Below, in pieces: positions 40,953-51,054 of a stretch of 64,000 bases of DNA. The notes below the pieces were generated by a model. The model made no database searches. It saw nothing but the letters and a program-made list of their open reading frames with translations, and was not told the DNA's origin. Origin of the DNA: Planctomycetia bacterium (lineage in GTDB: Bacteria; Planctomycetota; Planctomycetia; Pirellulales; PALSA-1355); the NCBI GenBank assembly GCA_016200205.1, contig JACQFF010000070.1, forward strand, positions 10,692 to 74,691, written 5' to 3'. The position numbers were made by a program, and so were the translations under genes. How positions within the stretch are numbered: position 1 is the stretch's first letter; each line of letters opens with the position of its first letter.

Positions 40953-41744
40953 TCAACTTTTTGCCCCAAGCGGCTGCAAGTGCCAGCGCAATAATACCGA
41001 TTGGGAGGGTGCCGCGGCCACTTCGGAACGGCTGGCGTAGCGGCCCACGGGGATGGACCGACCGGGAACTTCGAGATTCAAGCTCTCGACTCCCAGCGGC
41101 CACGGCTCAAGCACCATGTGCACCGGATCGAGCGGCGTGATCGAAAGGACAGGCCCACCGGGGGTCTCGATCATCTCGGGCTCGCTGGCCAGGGCACAAC
41201 AAAACCACAGGCTTAGCGAATCGAAGAATTGCAGTTGCGCAAGCGCTTGCCGGGCTCGCTCGGGCGTATTTTCCAGCGGGTTTTCGGCCTGCCAGCTCCG
41301 TTGCCAGGACGGCATCATACTTTCATAGTTGTCTAAAAACCGTTGGACGGCGGGCCGGGCCGGTTCGTCGTTGTTCCAGGCCGAGGCGCGTCGCAACAGG
41401 GCGCAAAAATGGCCCGCAACCACCAGACCTTGCAGCTTGCCCGCTCGCTCGGCTGAGCGAATCGAAGCGTCCCAAATCTCTAGCGAGTCGTCCAATGCCA
41501 TTTCCACGAAGCTTCGGGGCCGGCCTCGCATCGGGTCAACCTCAGGGGTTTCGTCCCATTCGCGCCAGCCGTCGTCGTGGTGATAGACAGCCCACAGCAA
41601 ATCGTCGCGTGGCACGAGCGGCGCGAAAAGGCCGGCTCCCCAATGCTCGGCCAATCTGCCGGCCAGCCGCGCGTGGTCAATCTGCGGAATCAGAATCCAC
41701 CGCCCGGAGTTCTCCGGTGTTGCGGACGAATCGCGGCGGATCAT
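40953..41744 (-). CDS. DUF3891-like hypothetical protein
   Basis: ORF 40953..42059 trimmed to MIRRDSSATPE.. (ATG 41744), which removes the overlap with the upstream gene. ..IDHARLAGRLAEHWG..VYHHDDGWREWD.. resembles the DUF3891 HDDGW signature. Confidence 0.6.
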   Translation of the reverse strand: MIRRDSSATPENSGRWILIPQIDHARLAGRLAEHWGAGLFAPLVPRDDLLWAVYHHDDGWREWDETPEVDPMRGRPRSFVEMALDDSLEIWDASIRSAERAGKLQGLVVAGHFCALLRRASAWNNDEPARPAVQRFLDNYESMMPSWQRSWQAENPLENTPERARQALAQLQFFDSLSLWFCCALASEPEMIETPGGPVLSITPLDPVHMVLEPWPLGVESLNLEVPGRSIPVGRYASRSEVAAAPSQSVLLRWHLQPLGAKS

Positions 41745-41946
41745 GTGCACCTGCGCTCTGGGATTGTCGATGTAACCTGCTACCACCACCTGCCGGTCCC
41801 CATAAAGCGTATGGCGGGGCAAGCGCAAAGGAAAGCAGGCCGCGGTTCCAAGCGAGCGCGCCCGGGTAGCGCTGGTGAGTAGGGCCGCCAACTTCAACAA
41901 AACCGTATCGAGAGAGCGGGGAAGTCTAGGGCGGTTTTGGAGTTCG

Positions 41947-43320
41947 TTATTTCTGTCGAGTCGTGCGGGCCGCCGTGGGCACCGTCGGCTCGGTGAGTCG
42001 CAACTCGCTGACCAACACCCGGTCGGCCTGGGCGAAGCGTTCCTCCAGGCTCTGCTCAAGCGTAAAAGCCAGCGACACCCGCTGGTTTTTCGAGTCGGCG
42101 ATCAGATAGTAGATCCACTCGATGGGTAATTGTGAAACCGTGCCGCGGACCACCACCCGCAGCAAAGTGTAGCCAGCCTCGTTGGTCGATTCCGAGGCGT
42201 TGATGAACTGCCCAAAATTCTTGCCCAGCGTCTGCTGCACGTCCTGCTGAAACTCGGCCAGGCTAACCGGCTTTTTCTGGCCGCCGGGCAGGGTAGCGAC
42301 GTTGCACTGGGCCACAAGTTCGCCGCGGTCCATCAAGCGAAACACGGTCAACTTCGGTTCGTCGCTGGTTATGTACCAGCGGCGGTCGTAGTGGAAACGA
42401 AATTGGCGGGAAGCGGATTCGAAGCCCAGTTGGGCCAGTTGGGGCGTCAGCGTTTTGGGAACCTTCGCCAGCGAGGTTTCCGTTAGATGCTGGTTCTGGT
42501 GCGCGCCGCCGATCTCCACGATGAGCTTGGCCACCGTGTCCAGACCGGGTCCGATGTGACCGATGGGCCGCTTTTCTTTGATCAACAGCGCAAAATAGAC
42601 GATCCGTTTGAGTTTGAGGTCGAATTTATACTTTGCCTTCATCTCGATTTCGGTGGACACGCCCCCCACGGCTCCACTGACGCTGCCGGCGGAGGCGATT
42701 TCGGCCACGCCGTCGGTGATCTGGCCAAACACGCTCTGGACGTCGGTCCAGCTAACGGCCTCGAGTCCGATGAGATCGGCCAGCGTTTGGTCCGCCAGCT
42801 TCCAGGACTCTCCCAGCGTCACAGGGTTGGTGGGGAGCACCTGATCAAGCACGAGGGTATTGCCCGGCACGTCGATCAAGTCGAGCTCTTCGCGCTTCAG
42901 CGGCGCCGTCGGGCAGTAGAGGACCGTGGGGCCCTTGCGGGGCTTTTCGACGGCAATTAATCGGCGGTCGGTGGCCAAGGTCGGTTTCTCGCCTCCTTTG
43001 TCGACTTTGATCACGGCTTGGGCGGCGTCGTAGTACCGAATGGCGCGGGCCGGTTTTTCCTCGGTGCCGGCGGCCAGCAGCTTTTCGCCGTAGATCAGGT
43101 TGGCCACAACGCTCATCGCGAGTTTTTTCTGGCTGCCTTCATTGGCCAAGGTCAGATCGCCGCCAACCTGCAGGCTGACTTCGACTCGCGTCAATTCGCC
43201 GGCCTGATGCTCGGCTTGAAGTGCGTATTTTTCAGCCGGATTGGCGGCCAGGAGTTCATGGGAGGCGGCTAGGAGGAGGGCCAGGGCAACGAGGCCCCGG
43301 GCAGCGCGGCTGAATTCCAT
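41947..43320 (-). CDS. hypothetical secreted protein
   Basis: ORF 41947..43401 trimmed to MEFSRAARGLVALALLLAASHELLA (signal peptide). 457 aa with a beta-rich composition. I recognise no family. Confidence 0.6.
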   Translation of the reverse strand: MEFSRAARGLVALALLLAASHELLAANPAEKYALQAEHQAGELTRVEVSLQVGGDLTLANEGSQKKLAMSVVANLIYGEKLLAAGTEEKPARAIRYYDAAQAVIKVDKGGEKPTLATDRRLIAVEKPRKGPTVLYCPTAPLKREELDLIDVPGNTLVLDQVLPTNPVTLGESWKLADQTLADLIGLEAVSWTDVQSVFGQITDGVAEIASAGSVSGAVGGVSTEIEMKAKYKFDLKLKRIVYFALLIKEKRPIGHIGPGLDTVAKLIVEIGGAHQNQHLTETSLAKVPKTLTPQLAQLGFESASRQFRFHYDRRWYITSDEPKLTVFRLMDRGELVAQCNVATLPGGQKKPVSLAEFQQDVQQTLGKNFGQFINASESTNEAGYTLLRVVVRGTVSQLPIEWIYYLIADSKNQRVSLAFTLEQSLEERFAQADRVLVSELRLTEPTVPTAARTTRQK

Positions 43321-43872
43321 TCTCAAGCCCTCTGTGGTATGTGCGGCACGTGATTTGCTCAACCAACCCATACAGGTTATCCGGGCCGGAAGAGCTGCCA
43401 ATCTGATACATCGACGCTCACGAGGCGGTTAGTCTACTGGAACGGGCGCGATGATAAAGTGGGAAGTTTGGCGAGACTGACGGCAGAGAAGAACCGGAAA
43501 ACGGGTTTCTGGACGGATGCTAGCTTCTGGGCTGGGCCAAGCGGCGTAAGATTTGATATAAGAAGGATATAATGCGGGGCTGGAGGTGCAAACCCAAAAA
43601 GGTGACCGCAGTGCGAAAAACTATTTAAAGGCGCGAACTTCTTTCGATCCATCGCGACTTTATTACGTACCAAATAATACAATTCGGCCAATTCCGGCAG
43701 ATTAGAACGTAAACGCCGGGCTGCCAAGGCTTTTGGGAATACACATCCACTCAAGTCTGACACCCCGAAGGTAATCACGCTCACTAGGGCGCGTGATGGT
43801 AAGGAAGTTGATCCCGTCGGGCGCGGAGTCGCAGGGAACGCCGTCGGGATCGAAATTGCGAAGAGGTTTCTC

Positions 43873-45543
43873 ATGCATACCGATTATTTCAACCCGATCA
43901 TTCGCCAGCTTCGGGATCAGCAAGTCCGTTTTGCCCCGCGCGAGAAAAAAATCGAGCAGGTCAATCGCGCGGAGAAATTGTTGGCTGAGTTGGATGCCCG
44001 TCGGACTTATACGTACGAGTATCTCTGCTACCGGATCACCGACTATCGGCCCGAATCGTTTCCTAACCTCAAACTATCGGGCCAGGACGCCGGGCACGAT
44101 CTGCGGCTGTTCGTCGAGGACCTTTCCGACGCGGCCGATGTGTCGGCGAGCAAGGCCGGCGAACGCGTGTTGACGGTCGACGAGTTGAGCAAAATGTTCA
44201 AGGTTTCGACCAAAACGATTTCGCGGTGGCGACAGCAGGGACTGGTGAGCCGACGTTTCGTATTTGATGGAAGAAAGCGAGTAGGATTTTTGAAGAGTTC
44301 GGTCGAACAGTTCGTGGCCCGCAACGAGGATCGGGTGCGGCGCGGAGCGCGCTTCAGCCAACTGACGGCCGGCGAGCGGAGTGACATCGTGGAGCGTGCC
44401 CGCCGCCTGGCCCGCGCCGGGGGCTGCTTGGCGGATGTGACCAAGCGCGTGGCAAAGAGAATGGGACGTAGCGTGGAAACGGTTCGCTATACCTTGAAGC
44501 AGTTCGATCAGGAACATCCTGACCTGGCGATCTTCCCCAACAACACCGGACCGTTGACGGAGGAGGACAAGAAGAAAATCTATCAGCAGTACCGCCGCGG
44601 GGCTCCGGTCGAAACGCTGACCCAACGCTATAACCGAACCAAGACCAGCATGTACCGTGTCATCAACGAAATGCGGGCCCAGCGGATCATGGCACTGCCG
44701 CTGGATTTCATTCCCAACCCGCAGTTCGCTCGAGCGAGCGCGGAGAAGGCCGTCATGACCGAGGCGCCGGCCTCGGACGCGCCGCTTAGGAAGACTCGTT
44801 TGCCGGCCGGATTGCCTCCGTATCTGGCGAGCCTGTATGAAGTTCCACTGTTGACACGGGAACAGGAGGCGCATCTGTTCCGGAAGTTCAATTACCTGAA
44901 GTACAAGGCCACCAGGTTGCGTTCGCAACTCGACCTGGCGAAGGCCAAAAGCAACCTGATGGACGAGATCGAGTCGCTCTACGAACAGGCCGTGGCTCTG
45001 AAAAACCAGATCGTGCGAGCCAACCTGCGGTTGGTCGTCTCGATCGCCAAGCGGCACGTGGGCCAGGGGGATAACTTCTTCGAACTCGTCAGCGACGGCA
45101 ACATGTCGCTGATTCGGGCCGTGGAGAAATTCGACTTCGCCCGCGGCAATAAGTTCAGCACGTACGCGAGCTGGGCCATTATGAAGAATTTTGCCCGCAC
45201 GATTCCCGACGAGCATCGCCATCGGGACCGCTTCCGGACCAGCCATTCGGACATGTTCTATAGCACCGAAGAACATCGCTCCGATCAGTATGAACAGGAA
45301 AGCGCTCAACACCAGCGCGAGACCCAAATCGGCAAGATTCTGGAACGCCTTGACGAGCGCGAGCAGAAGATTATCATTAGCCGTTTCGGGCTCGATCATG
45401 GGCACGAGCCGCAAACCTTGAAGGAAGTGGGCGCCGAAATGGGCGTCACCAAGGAGCGGATCCGGCAGCTCGAAGCTCGGGCCTTGGACAAGCTGCGGAT
45501 CGCGGCTCAGGAAGAGAAGATCGAAGTTCCCGGCCTGAATTAA
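43873..45543 (+). CDS. sigma-70-family RNA polymerase sigma factor with ~330-aa N-terminal extension
   Basis: 556 aa. Region 2 is ANLRLVVSIAKRH..FELVSDGNMSLIRAVEKFDFARGNKFSTYASWAIMKNFAR. Region 4 is LDEREQKIIISRFGL..QTLKEVGAEMGVTKERIRQLEARALDKLR. There is no RTIRIPVH-type region 3.0. Confidence 0.85.
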   Translation: MHTDYFNPIIRQLRDQQVRFAPREKKIEQVNRAEKLLAELDARRTYTYEYLCYRITDYRPESFPNLKLSGQDAGHDLRLFVEDLSDAADVSASKAGERVLTVDELSKMFKVSTKTISRWRQQGLVSRRFVFDGRKRVGFLKSSVEQFVARNEDRVRRGARFSQLTAGERSDIVERARRLARAGGCLADVTKRVAKRMGRSVETVRYTLKQFDQEHPDLAIFPNNTGPLTEEDKKKIYQQYRRGAPVETLTQRYNRTKTSMYRVINEMRAQRIMALPLDFIPNPQFARASAEKAVMTEAPASDAPLRKTRLPAGLPPYLASLYEVPLLTREQEAHLFRKFNYLKYKATRLRSQLDLAKAKSNLMDEIESLYEQAVALKNQIVRANLRLVVSIAKRHVGQGDNFFELVSDGNMSLIRAVEKFDFARGNKFSTYASWAIMKNFARTIPDEHRHRDRFRTSHSDMFYSTEEHRSDQYEQESAQHQRETQIGKILERLDEREQKIIISRFGLDHGHEPQTLKEVGAEMGVTKERIRQLEARALDKLRIAAQEEKIEVPGLN

Positions 45544-45564
45544 TCGCAGCTTGCCCGAAAGGGT

Positions 45565-45588
45565 TGACGCGCCGTGCCGTCATTTTTT
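45565..45588 (+). terminator. weak intrinsic-terminator candidate after the sigma factor gene
   Basis: TGACG-cgccgtgc-CGTCA followed by TTTTTT, 22 nt after the stop codon. The stem is only 5 bp. Confidence 0.35.
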
Positions 45589-45908
45589 GACCGCAAGGTG
45601 CTTTTCATGGGTGCCCCAAGTCAGGGGATCGAGCCGAAAGGGAGACCGGCGAACAGCTATCAGGGATACATCACGAGGCCCTTGGCAGTGCCGATGGGCT
45701 TGCTTCCCCCTCTTAGCCATCTTGCGCCTGCCCAGGTACCGCCGAGTGCTTGAACGATCTTTTTGCGCGGTGCCGGCTGGAAAACGTACCCTTGCGGGCT
45801 GCCATTTTGCGAATGATTCAGGGGTATTCAAAAGGCGGCAAGGATTTGGAAAAATCGGCGTGATTTCCGCTGCCCGAACGTTTTTTGGATTTCCGGTGCC
45901 GCTACATA

Positions 45909-45936
45909 TTGCAAGGTCTCGTAAGTTCGTTATATT
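45909..45936 (+). promoter_or_regulatory. sigma-70-type promoter candidate for the tRNA-tuf transcription unit
   Basis: TTGCAA-16 nt-TATATT is read directly, ending 28 nt upstream of tRNA-Thr in an AT-richer stretch. Confidence 0.4.
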
Positions 45937-45963
45937 TAGTGGTTTTCGTGGGGGGACTTGAAG

Positions 45964-46036
45964 GCTAGCGTAGCTCAATTGGCAGAGCAGCTGATTTGTA
46001 ATCAGCAGGTTGTGGGTTCAAGTCCCTCCGCTAGCT
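45964..46036 (+). tRNA. tRNA-Thr (anticodon TGT)
   Basis: Hand-folded cloverleaf. Acceptor GCTAGCG/CGCTAGC, D arm GCTC..GAGC, anticodon arm GCTGA-TTTGTAA-TCAGC, and T loop GGGTTCAAGTCCC (one T-stem mismatch). Confidence 0.9.
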
Positions 46037-46145
46037 CGTTAGCGCGGATGGGATCGGTTCGGCGACTCGCTTTAGTTCCCGCTCTCGAAGATGAAAATCC
46101 GGGAAGAGCCCGCCCTAGAACAACGGTACGGGCCGAGATTCGACA

Positions 46146-46227
46146 GGGGGGTTTCCCGAGCGGTCAAAGGGGTCAGACTGTAAATCTGATGGCACTGCCT
46201 TCACAGGTTCGAATCCTGTACCCCCCA
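46146..46227 (+). tRNA. tRNA-Tyr (anticodon GTA), long variable arm
   Basis: Acceptor GGGGGGT/ACCCCCC, anticodon arm TCAGA-CTGTAAA-TCTGA, a 13-nt variable arm, and T arm ACAGG-TTCGAAT-CCTGT. Confidence 0.9.
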
Positions 46228-46438
46228 TACATGAAAGCTGGACGATCAGTGTTTTCGCGCGGCGCAAGCGGCGAGACGGGGCCAGACTGGGGACGTTTTT
46301 TAAAGCGACGCGGCATTTAGGTGGGATGAACCCGGCGCGATCCGCCGGGACGGTCCGGGGCGACACCATGGGCTCGCGAACGGGGGCTGGAGGAAGCCGA
46401 CAGTGGCTCAGGACGCCAGCAGCGGCTGTGCACCAGGT

Positions 46439-46509
46439 GCGGGTGTAGCTCAATGGTAGAGCCATAGCCTTCCAAGCTAAAGACGAGGGTTCGATTCCCT
46501 TCACCCGCT
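46439..46509 (+). tRNA. tRNA-Gly (anticodon TCC)
   Basis: Acceptor GCGGGTG/CACCCGC, anticodon loop CTTCCAA, and T arm GAGGG-TTCGATT-CCCTT. Confidence 0.9.
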
Positions 46510-46626
46510 TTCGATCGTCCAAACGTGTGAGGGAAAAAACAAGCCGGAGCCGGGTCGCTGTGGCGAAAAAATTGAAGGGCGTGCTCAACAAGCACCCACT
46601 GGGCCGCCGCGAGGAATTCAGCGCGG

Positions 46627-46699
<73 letters not shown>

Positions 46700-46769
46700 T
46701 TGGAAAAGCACACGTCGCGTGTACCTAAATCAGTAAACATGCCCGAGAGAGAAAGACCAGGGAGATAGA

Positions 46770-47969
<1,200 letters not shown>

Positions 47970-47983
47970 CGGATCGGCCGGGC

Positions 47984-48006
47984 GCCTCGGCAGCGGCCGA
48001 GGCTTT
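47984..48006 (+). terminator. hairpin + short T-tract after tuf (attenuator/terminator candidate)
   Basis: GCCTCGGC-agcg-GCCGAGGC followed by TTT, 15 nt after the tuf stop. Confidence 0.35.
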
Positions 48007-48123
48007 CGGAAGGGGAGTCTCGCTGGGCTCGCGTGAGCCAACCAGCGCGACGCAGGGTAACAACGTCGAGAGCGAGCGGTTGCCGGGCGAATGCCACGTG
48101 GCAGCCGGTCGGCTCGCCTTTGC

Positions 48124-48199
48124 AGGGGTGTAGCTCAATTGGCAGAGCGCTGGTCTCCAAAACCAGAGGTTGCGAGTTCAATTCCCGCCGCCCCTGCCA
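48124..48199 (+). tRNA. tRNA-Trp (anticodon CCA), 3' CCA encoded
   Basis: Acceptor AGGGGTG/CGCCCCT, anticodon arm CTGGT-CTCCAAA-ACCAG, T loop TTCAATT, and discriminator G followed by a genomic CCA. Confidence 0.9.
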
Positions 48200-48383
48200 G
48201 TTAAATTGCGGCCAAGGCGTCCCGGGTTGGCCGCCTCGCCGCGTGGAAATGATGGAGAACTAAGGCAGATGGGTCGAGGGCGAAGCCGTGAGCTTTCAGC
48301 TCCTCGACAAGCGGCAGGGCGCGGGTGCCCTGCTCAAACGCACAGCCCCGCGTGTCAGGGCATCCGACAGCAGAACTTGAGCC

Positions 48384-48824
48384 ATGGCCAAAGAGAAAAA
48401 CCTTACGGCGAGTCCCTTTTTTCGGGAACTGTTTCAACTAGGAATTTACAAGCGGAGCCAGGGCCGCGTCGCTCGACAAATTACGTTCGCCACGCTGGCG
48501 GTCGTCATCTTGCTGGGCGCCTGGAGACTGTGGGTATTCGAAATCAATGCGACCCTCTCCGTGCGGTTCGCCGTGCCGGCAGTGCTGGTGGCGGTGGGGA
48601 TTTGGCTGACCTTCCGGCTGGTCAACGTTCCGGGCTTCGCCGATTTTTTGATCGCCGTGGAAGCGGAGATGAACAAGGTCTCGTGGCCCACGCGGGGAGA
48701 ACTGTTGCGCAGCTCGCTGGTCGTTATTTTTTGCATCTTTTTTTTGGCGGCCGTGTTGTTCGGCTTTGACCTGTTTTGGAGAACCCTGCTGCACGTGTTG
48801 AGGATCATCGACGTCCCGGGTTAG
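48384..48824 (+). CDS. secE: preprotein translocase subunit SecE (3-TM form)
   Basis: 146 aa. The C-terminal ..EMNKVSWPTRGELLRSSLVVIFCIFFLAAVLFGFD.. is the conserved SecE core. The position between tRNA-Trp and nusG is canonical. Confidence 0.85.
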   Translation: MAKEKNLTASPFFRELFQLGIYKRSQGRVARQITFATLAVVILLGAWRLWVFEINATLSVRFAVPAVLVAVGIWLTFRLVNVPGFADFLIAVEAEMNKVSWPTRGELLRSSLVVIFCIFFLAAVLFGFDLFWRTLLHVLRIIDVPG

Positions 48825-48907
48825 GCAGGCCCGGAATCAGCCATGCTCCTTCTTCCTCTGGGAGAAGTTTGGGACCAGGGCGATACGAGCGGTTAGGAAC
48901 ATCAAGC

Positions 48908-49723
48908 GTGATCGAGAATTCGCACAATTCGAGCGACCTGCCAGACGAGACTGTGGAGATCCCCGCGGTCGGAGCGCCTCCTAGCGCGGCGATTGGCGCC
49001 CCCCATGCGCCTTCGGCAGACGAAGAGTCGCGCGCGGTGGCCGCGAGCGTGACACCGGGCGACACGGCCCCCGAAGCGGTCCACTCTGACATCGGATCGC
49101 AGGTCGAGGCCCAGCCGTCCGAGACGCCGGCGCGCGAAGAAGACGAACAGCGCGGCCCGATCGAGGAGACGCCGGTCGTCGACGAACCGCCGAAGATGAA
49201 CTGGTACATCCTCAAGGTGCAAAGCAACCGCGAGGAATCGATTCTCGAAGGGCTCCAGCGGCGCGTGGCCGTGGCCGGGCTGGATCGCTATTTCGGCGAC
49301 ATTATCGTGCCGGCCGAAATGGTCTCCGAGTTCAAAGGGGGCAAGAAGCGGGTCGTCAAACGCAAGCTCTACCCGGGCTACCTCGTGGTCAACATGGAGA
49401 TCAACGAGGACACCTGGTTCCTGGTCCGCGAGACGCCGGGTATCGGCGACTTTACAGGCTCGGCCGGCAAGCCGACGCCCATGCTGCCCCACGAAGTGAG
49501 CAAAATCGTCGCCAAGCAGGAAGAAAAAACCGACGAAGCACCCAAGCTGAAAATCAACTTCAACGTGAGCGACCGCGTGAAAATCAACGAAGGGACGTTC
49601 GAGAACTTCGAAGGCGAAGTCGACAGCATCGACGAGGCCAGCGGCCGCGTGACGGTGATGATCAACATCTTCGGCCGCTCAACGCCCGTAGAACTGGAAT
49701 ACTGGCAAATCGAGGCGATTTGA
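48908..49723 (+). CDS. nusG: transcription termination/antitermination factor NusG with acidic N-terminal extension
   Basis: NGN core MNWYILKVQSNREESI.. and KOW ..VKINEGTFENFEGEVDSID... The ORF is open from TTG 48776, which overlaps secE. I chose GTG 48908 because AGGAA lies upstream of it. ATG 49196 would give a minimal 175-aa NusG. The start is uncertain. Confidence 0.8.
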   Translation: MIENSHNSSDLPDETVEIPAVGAPPSAAIGAPHAPSADEESRAVAASVTPGDTAPEAVHSDIGSQVEAQPSETPAREEDEQRGPIEETPVVDEPPKMNWYILKVQSNREESILEGLQRRVAVAGLDRYFGDIIVPAEMVSEFKGGKKRVVKRKLYPGYLVVNMEINEDTWFLVRETPGIGDFTGSAGKPTPMLPHEVSKIVAKQEEKTDEAPKLKINFNVSDRVKINEGTFENFEGEVDSIDEASGRVTVMINIFGRSTPVELEYWQIEAI

Positions 49724-49832
49724 ACGTAGTGGTTAGGTGGCCAGTGGTTAGTGGCTAGTGCGGCTAACCACCAACCGCCAACCACCAACCACTAACCACC
49801 AACCACCAACCACTAACCACTAACCACTACTC
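49724..49832 (+). repeat. heptanucleotide tandem array (AACCRCY)x9 preceded by inverted AGTGGTT-type copies
   Basis: Read directly. 49766..49828 is aaccacc aaccgcc aaccacc aaccact aaccacc aaccacc aaccact aaccact aaccact. 49726..49759 contains agtggtt/aggtgg units in reverse complement. The element fills the whole nusG-rplK spacer. Confidence 0.9.
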
Positions 49833-50258
49833 ATGGCGAAGCAGCTCGTAGGACAAGCAAAGTTTCAGGTTCCTGGCGGTCAGGCCACGCCGGCCCCTCC
49901 GGTCGGTACGTCGTTGGGCCGCTACGGGATCAACCTGGGCCAGTTCGTGTCGCAATTCAACGAACGAACGCGCGAAGCCGGCGGAATGCCGATTCCCGTC
50001 GTCGTCAATGTGTACAACGACCGCAGCTTCGATTTCCTCACCAAAAGTCCCCCGGCCGCGGCGCTGCTCAAGCAGGCGGCCGGCATTGCCAAGGGATCGG
50101 GTGTGCCGAACAAGGAGAAGGTGGGCACGGTTACCCAGGCCCAAATCGAGAATATCGTGAAGCTCAAAATGGCCGACCTCAACGCCCGCGACGTCGACCA
50201 CGCCAAGCGGATGATCGCCGGCACTGCCCGCAGCATGGGCCTGAATGTCACCAACTAA
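49833..50258 (+). CDS. rplK: 50S ribosomal protein L11
   Basis: 141 aa. Motifs: ..KFQVPGGQATPAPPVG..LG..GIN...F...FN and ..PPAAALLK.., the canonical L11 sequence. Confidence 0.95.
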   Translation: MAKQLVGQAKFQVPGGQATPAPPVGTSLGRYGINLGQFVSQFNERTREAGGMPIPVVVNVYNDRSFDFLTKSPPAAALLKQAAGIAKGSGVPNKEKVGTVTQAQIENIVKLKMADLNARDVDHAKRMIAGTARSMGLNVTN

Positions 50259-50317
50259 GCACGGCGCAATGCCTCAAGGCTTTTTGCAACGAACACTTAC
50301 TTCTGTGTCAGCGAAAC

Positions 50318-51001
50318 ATGACCGCCAAACTCTCGAAGCGACTGCGAGCCACGGCCGATAAGCACCCGGGCAAAACTCCCGTGAGTGTCGAACAAGCCGT
50401 GGCCGTTTTGAAGCTCTACAACAACGTGAAGTTCGACCAGTCGGTCGACATTGCCATTCGCCTGGGCGTCGACCCCAAGCAAGCCGACCAGATCGTGCGC
50501 GGCTCGATCGTATTGCCCCACGGCATCGGCAAGACCCTGCGGGTGATCGTGTTTGCCAAGGGCGATCAGGCCGAACAGGCCAAAGCTTCCGGCGCTGACG
50601 AAGTCGGGGGCGAAGAGCTGGCCAAGAAAATCAAAGACGGCTGGATCGAGTTCGACGCGTGCATCGCGGCTCCCGACATGATGGGCATCGTAGGCCCGTT
50701 GGGGCGCGTGCTCGGCCCCCGCGGGTTGATGCCGTCGCCGCGCGCCGGCACCGTCACGCCGGAAATCGGCAAAACGGTCCGCGAGTACAAGGCCGGCAAG
50801 GTCGAGTTCCGCACCGATGCTGGCGGCAACGTGCACGCGGTGGTCGGCAAATTGAGCTTCGACCCGCAGAAGCTGGCGGACAACATCAGCGCTTTTATCC
50901 ACCAGGTGCAAAACATGAAGCCGCACTCGGTCAAAGGCCAGTACATCAAAGGAATCAGCGTCAGTGCCACGATGAGCCCCTCGGTGCATCTCGCGGCTTG
51001 A
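50318..51001 (+). CDS. rplA: 50S ribosomal protein L1
   Basis: 227 aa. Motifs: ..[32 protein letters not shown].. and ..GPRGLMP.PRAGTVT... Confidence 0.95.
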   Translation: MTAKLSKRLRATADKHPGKTPVSVEQAVAVLKLYNNVKFDQSVDIAIRLGVDPKQADQIVRGSIVLPHGIGKTLRVIVFAKGDQAEQAKASGADEVGGEELAKKIKDGWIEFDACIAAPDMMGIVGPLGRVLGPRGLMPSPRAGTVTPEIGKTVREYKAGKVEFRTDAGGNVHAVVGKLSFDPQKLADNISAFIHQVQNMKPHSVKGQYIKGISVSATMSPSVHLAA

Positions 51002-51054
51002 GCAACGAAAGAATTCAGCAAGCAACAGACCATTGTAGCGGCGGACGACCCATC

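Noticed and set aside
43434-43874. 146-aa minus-strand ORF in the region upstream of the sigma factor gene.
   Set aside because: Its composition is not protein-like (Pro/Ser/Leu/Phe runs), it has no start context, and it lies in an AT-richer promoter region. I treated it as non-coding.
45551-45978. ORFs 45551..45961 (+) and 45580..45978 (-) between the sigma factor gene and tRNA-Thr.
   Set aside because: They are mutually overlapping and Arg/Cys/Phe-rich with no motifs. The minus-strand ORF runs into the tRNA gene. The region more likely holds the terminator and promoter elements reported above.
47970-48383. Search for a small rpmG (L33) gene around tRNA-Trp and secE.
   Set aside because: No frame gives an L33-like Lys/Cys-rich peptide of about 50 aa. 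The ORFs 48170..48769 (+) and 48201..48437 (-) overlap the tRNA or secE and are not protein-like.
49766-49828. Possible CRISPR array or coding repeat.
   Set aside because: The units are 7 nt with no spacers, so this is not CRISPR. The array lies entirely between the nusG stop and the rplK start, so it is not coding.
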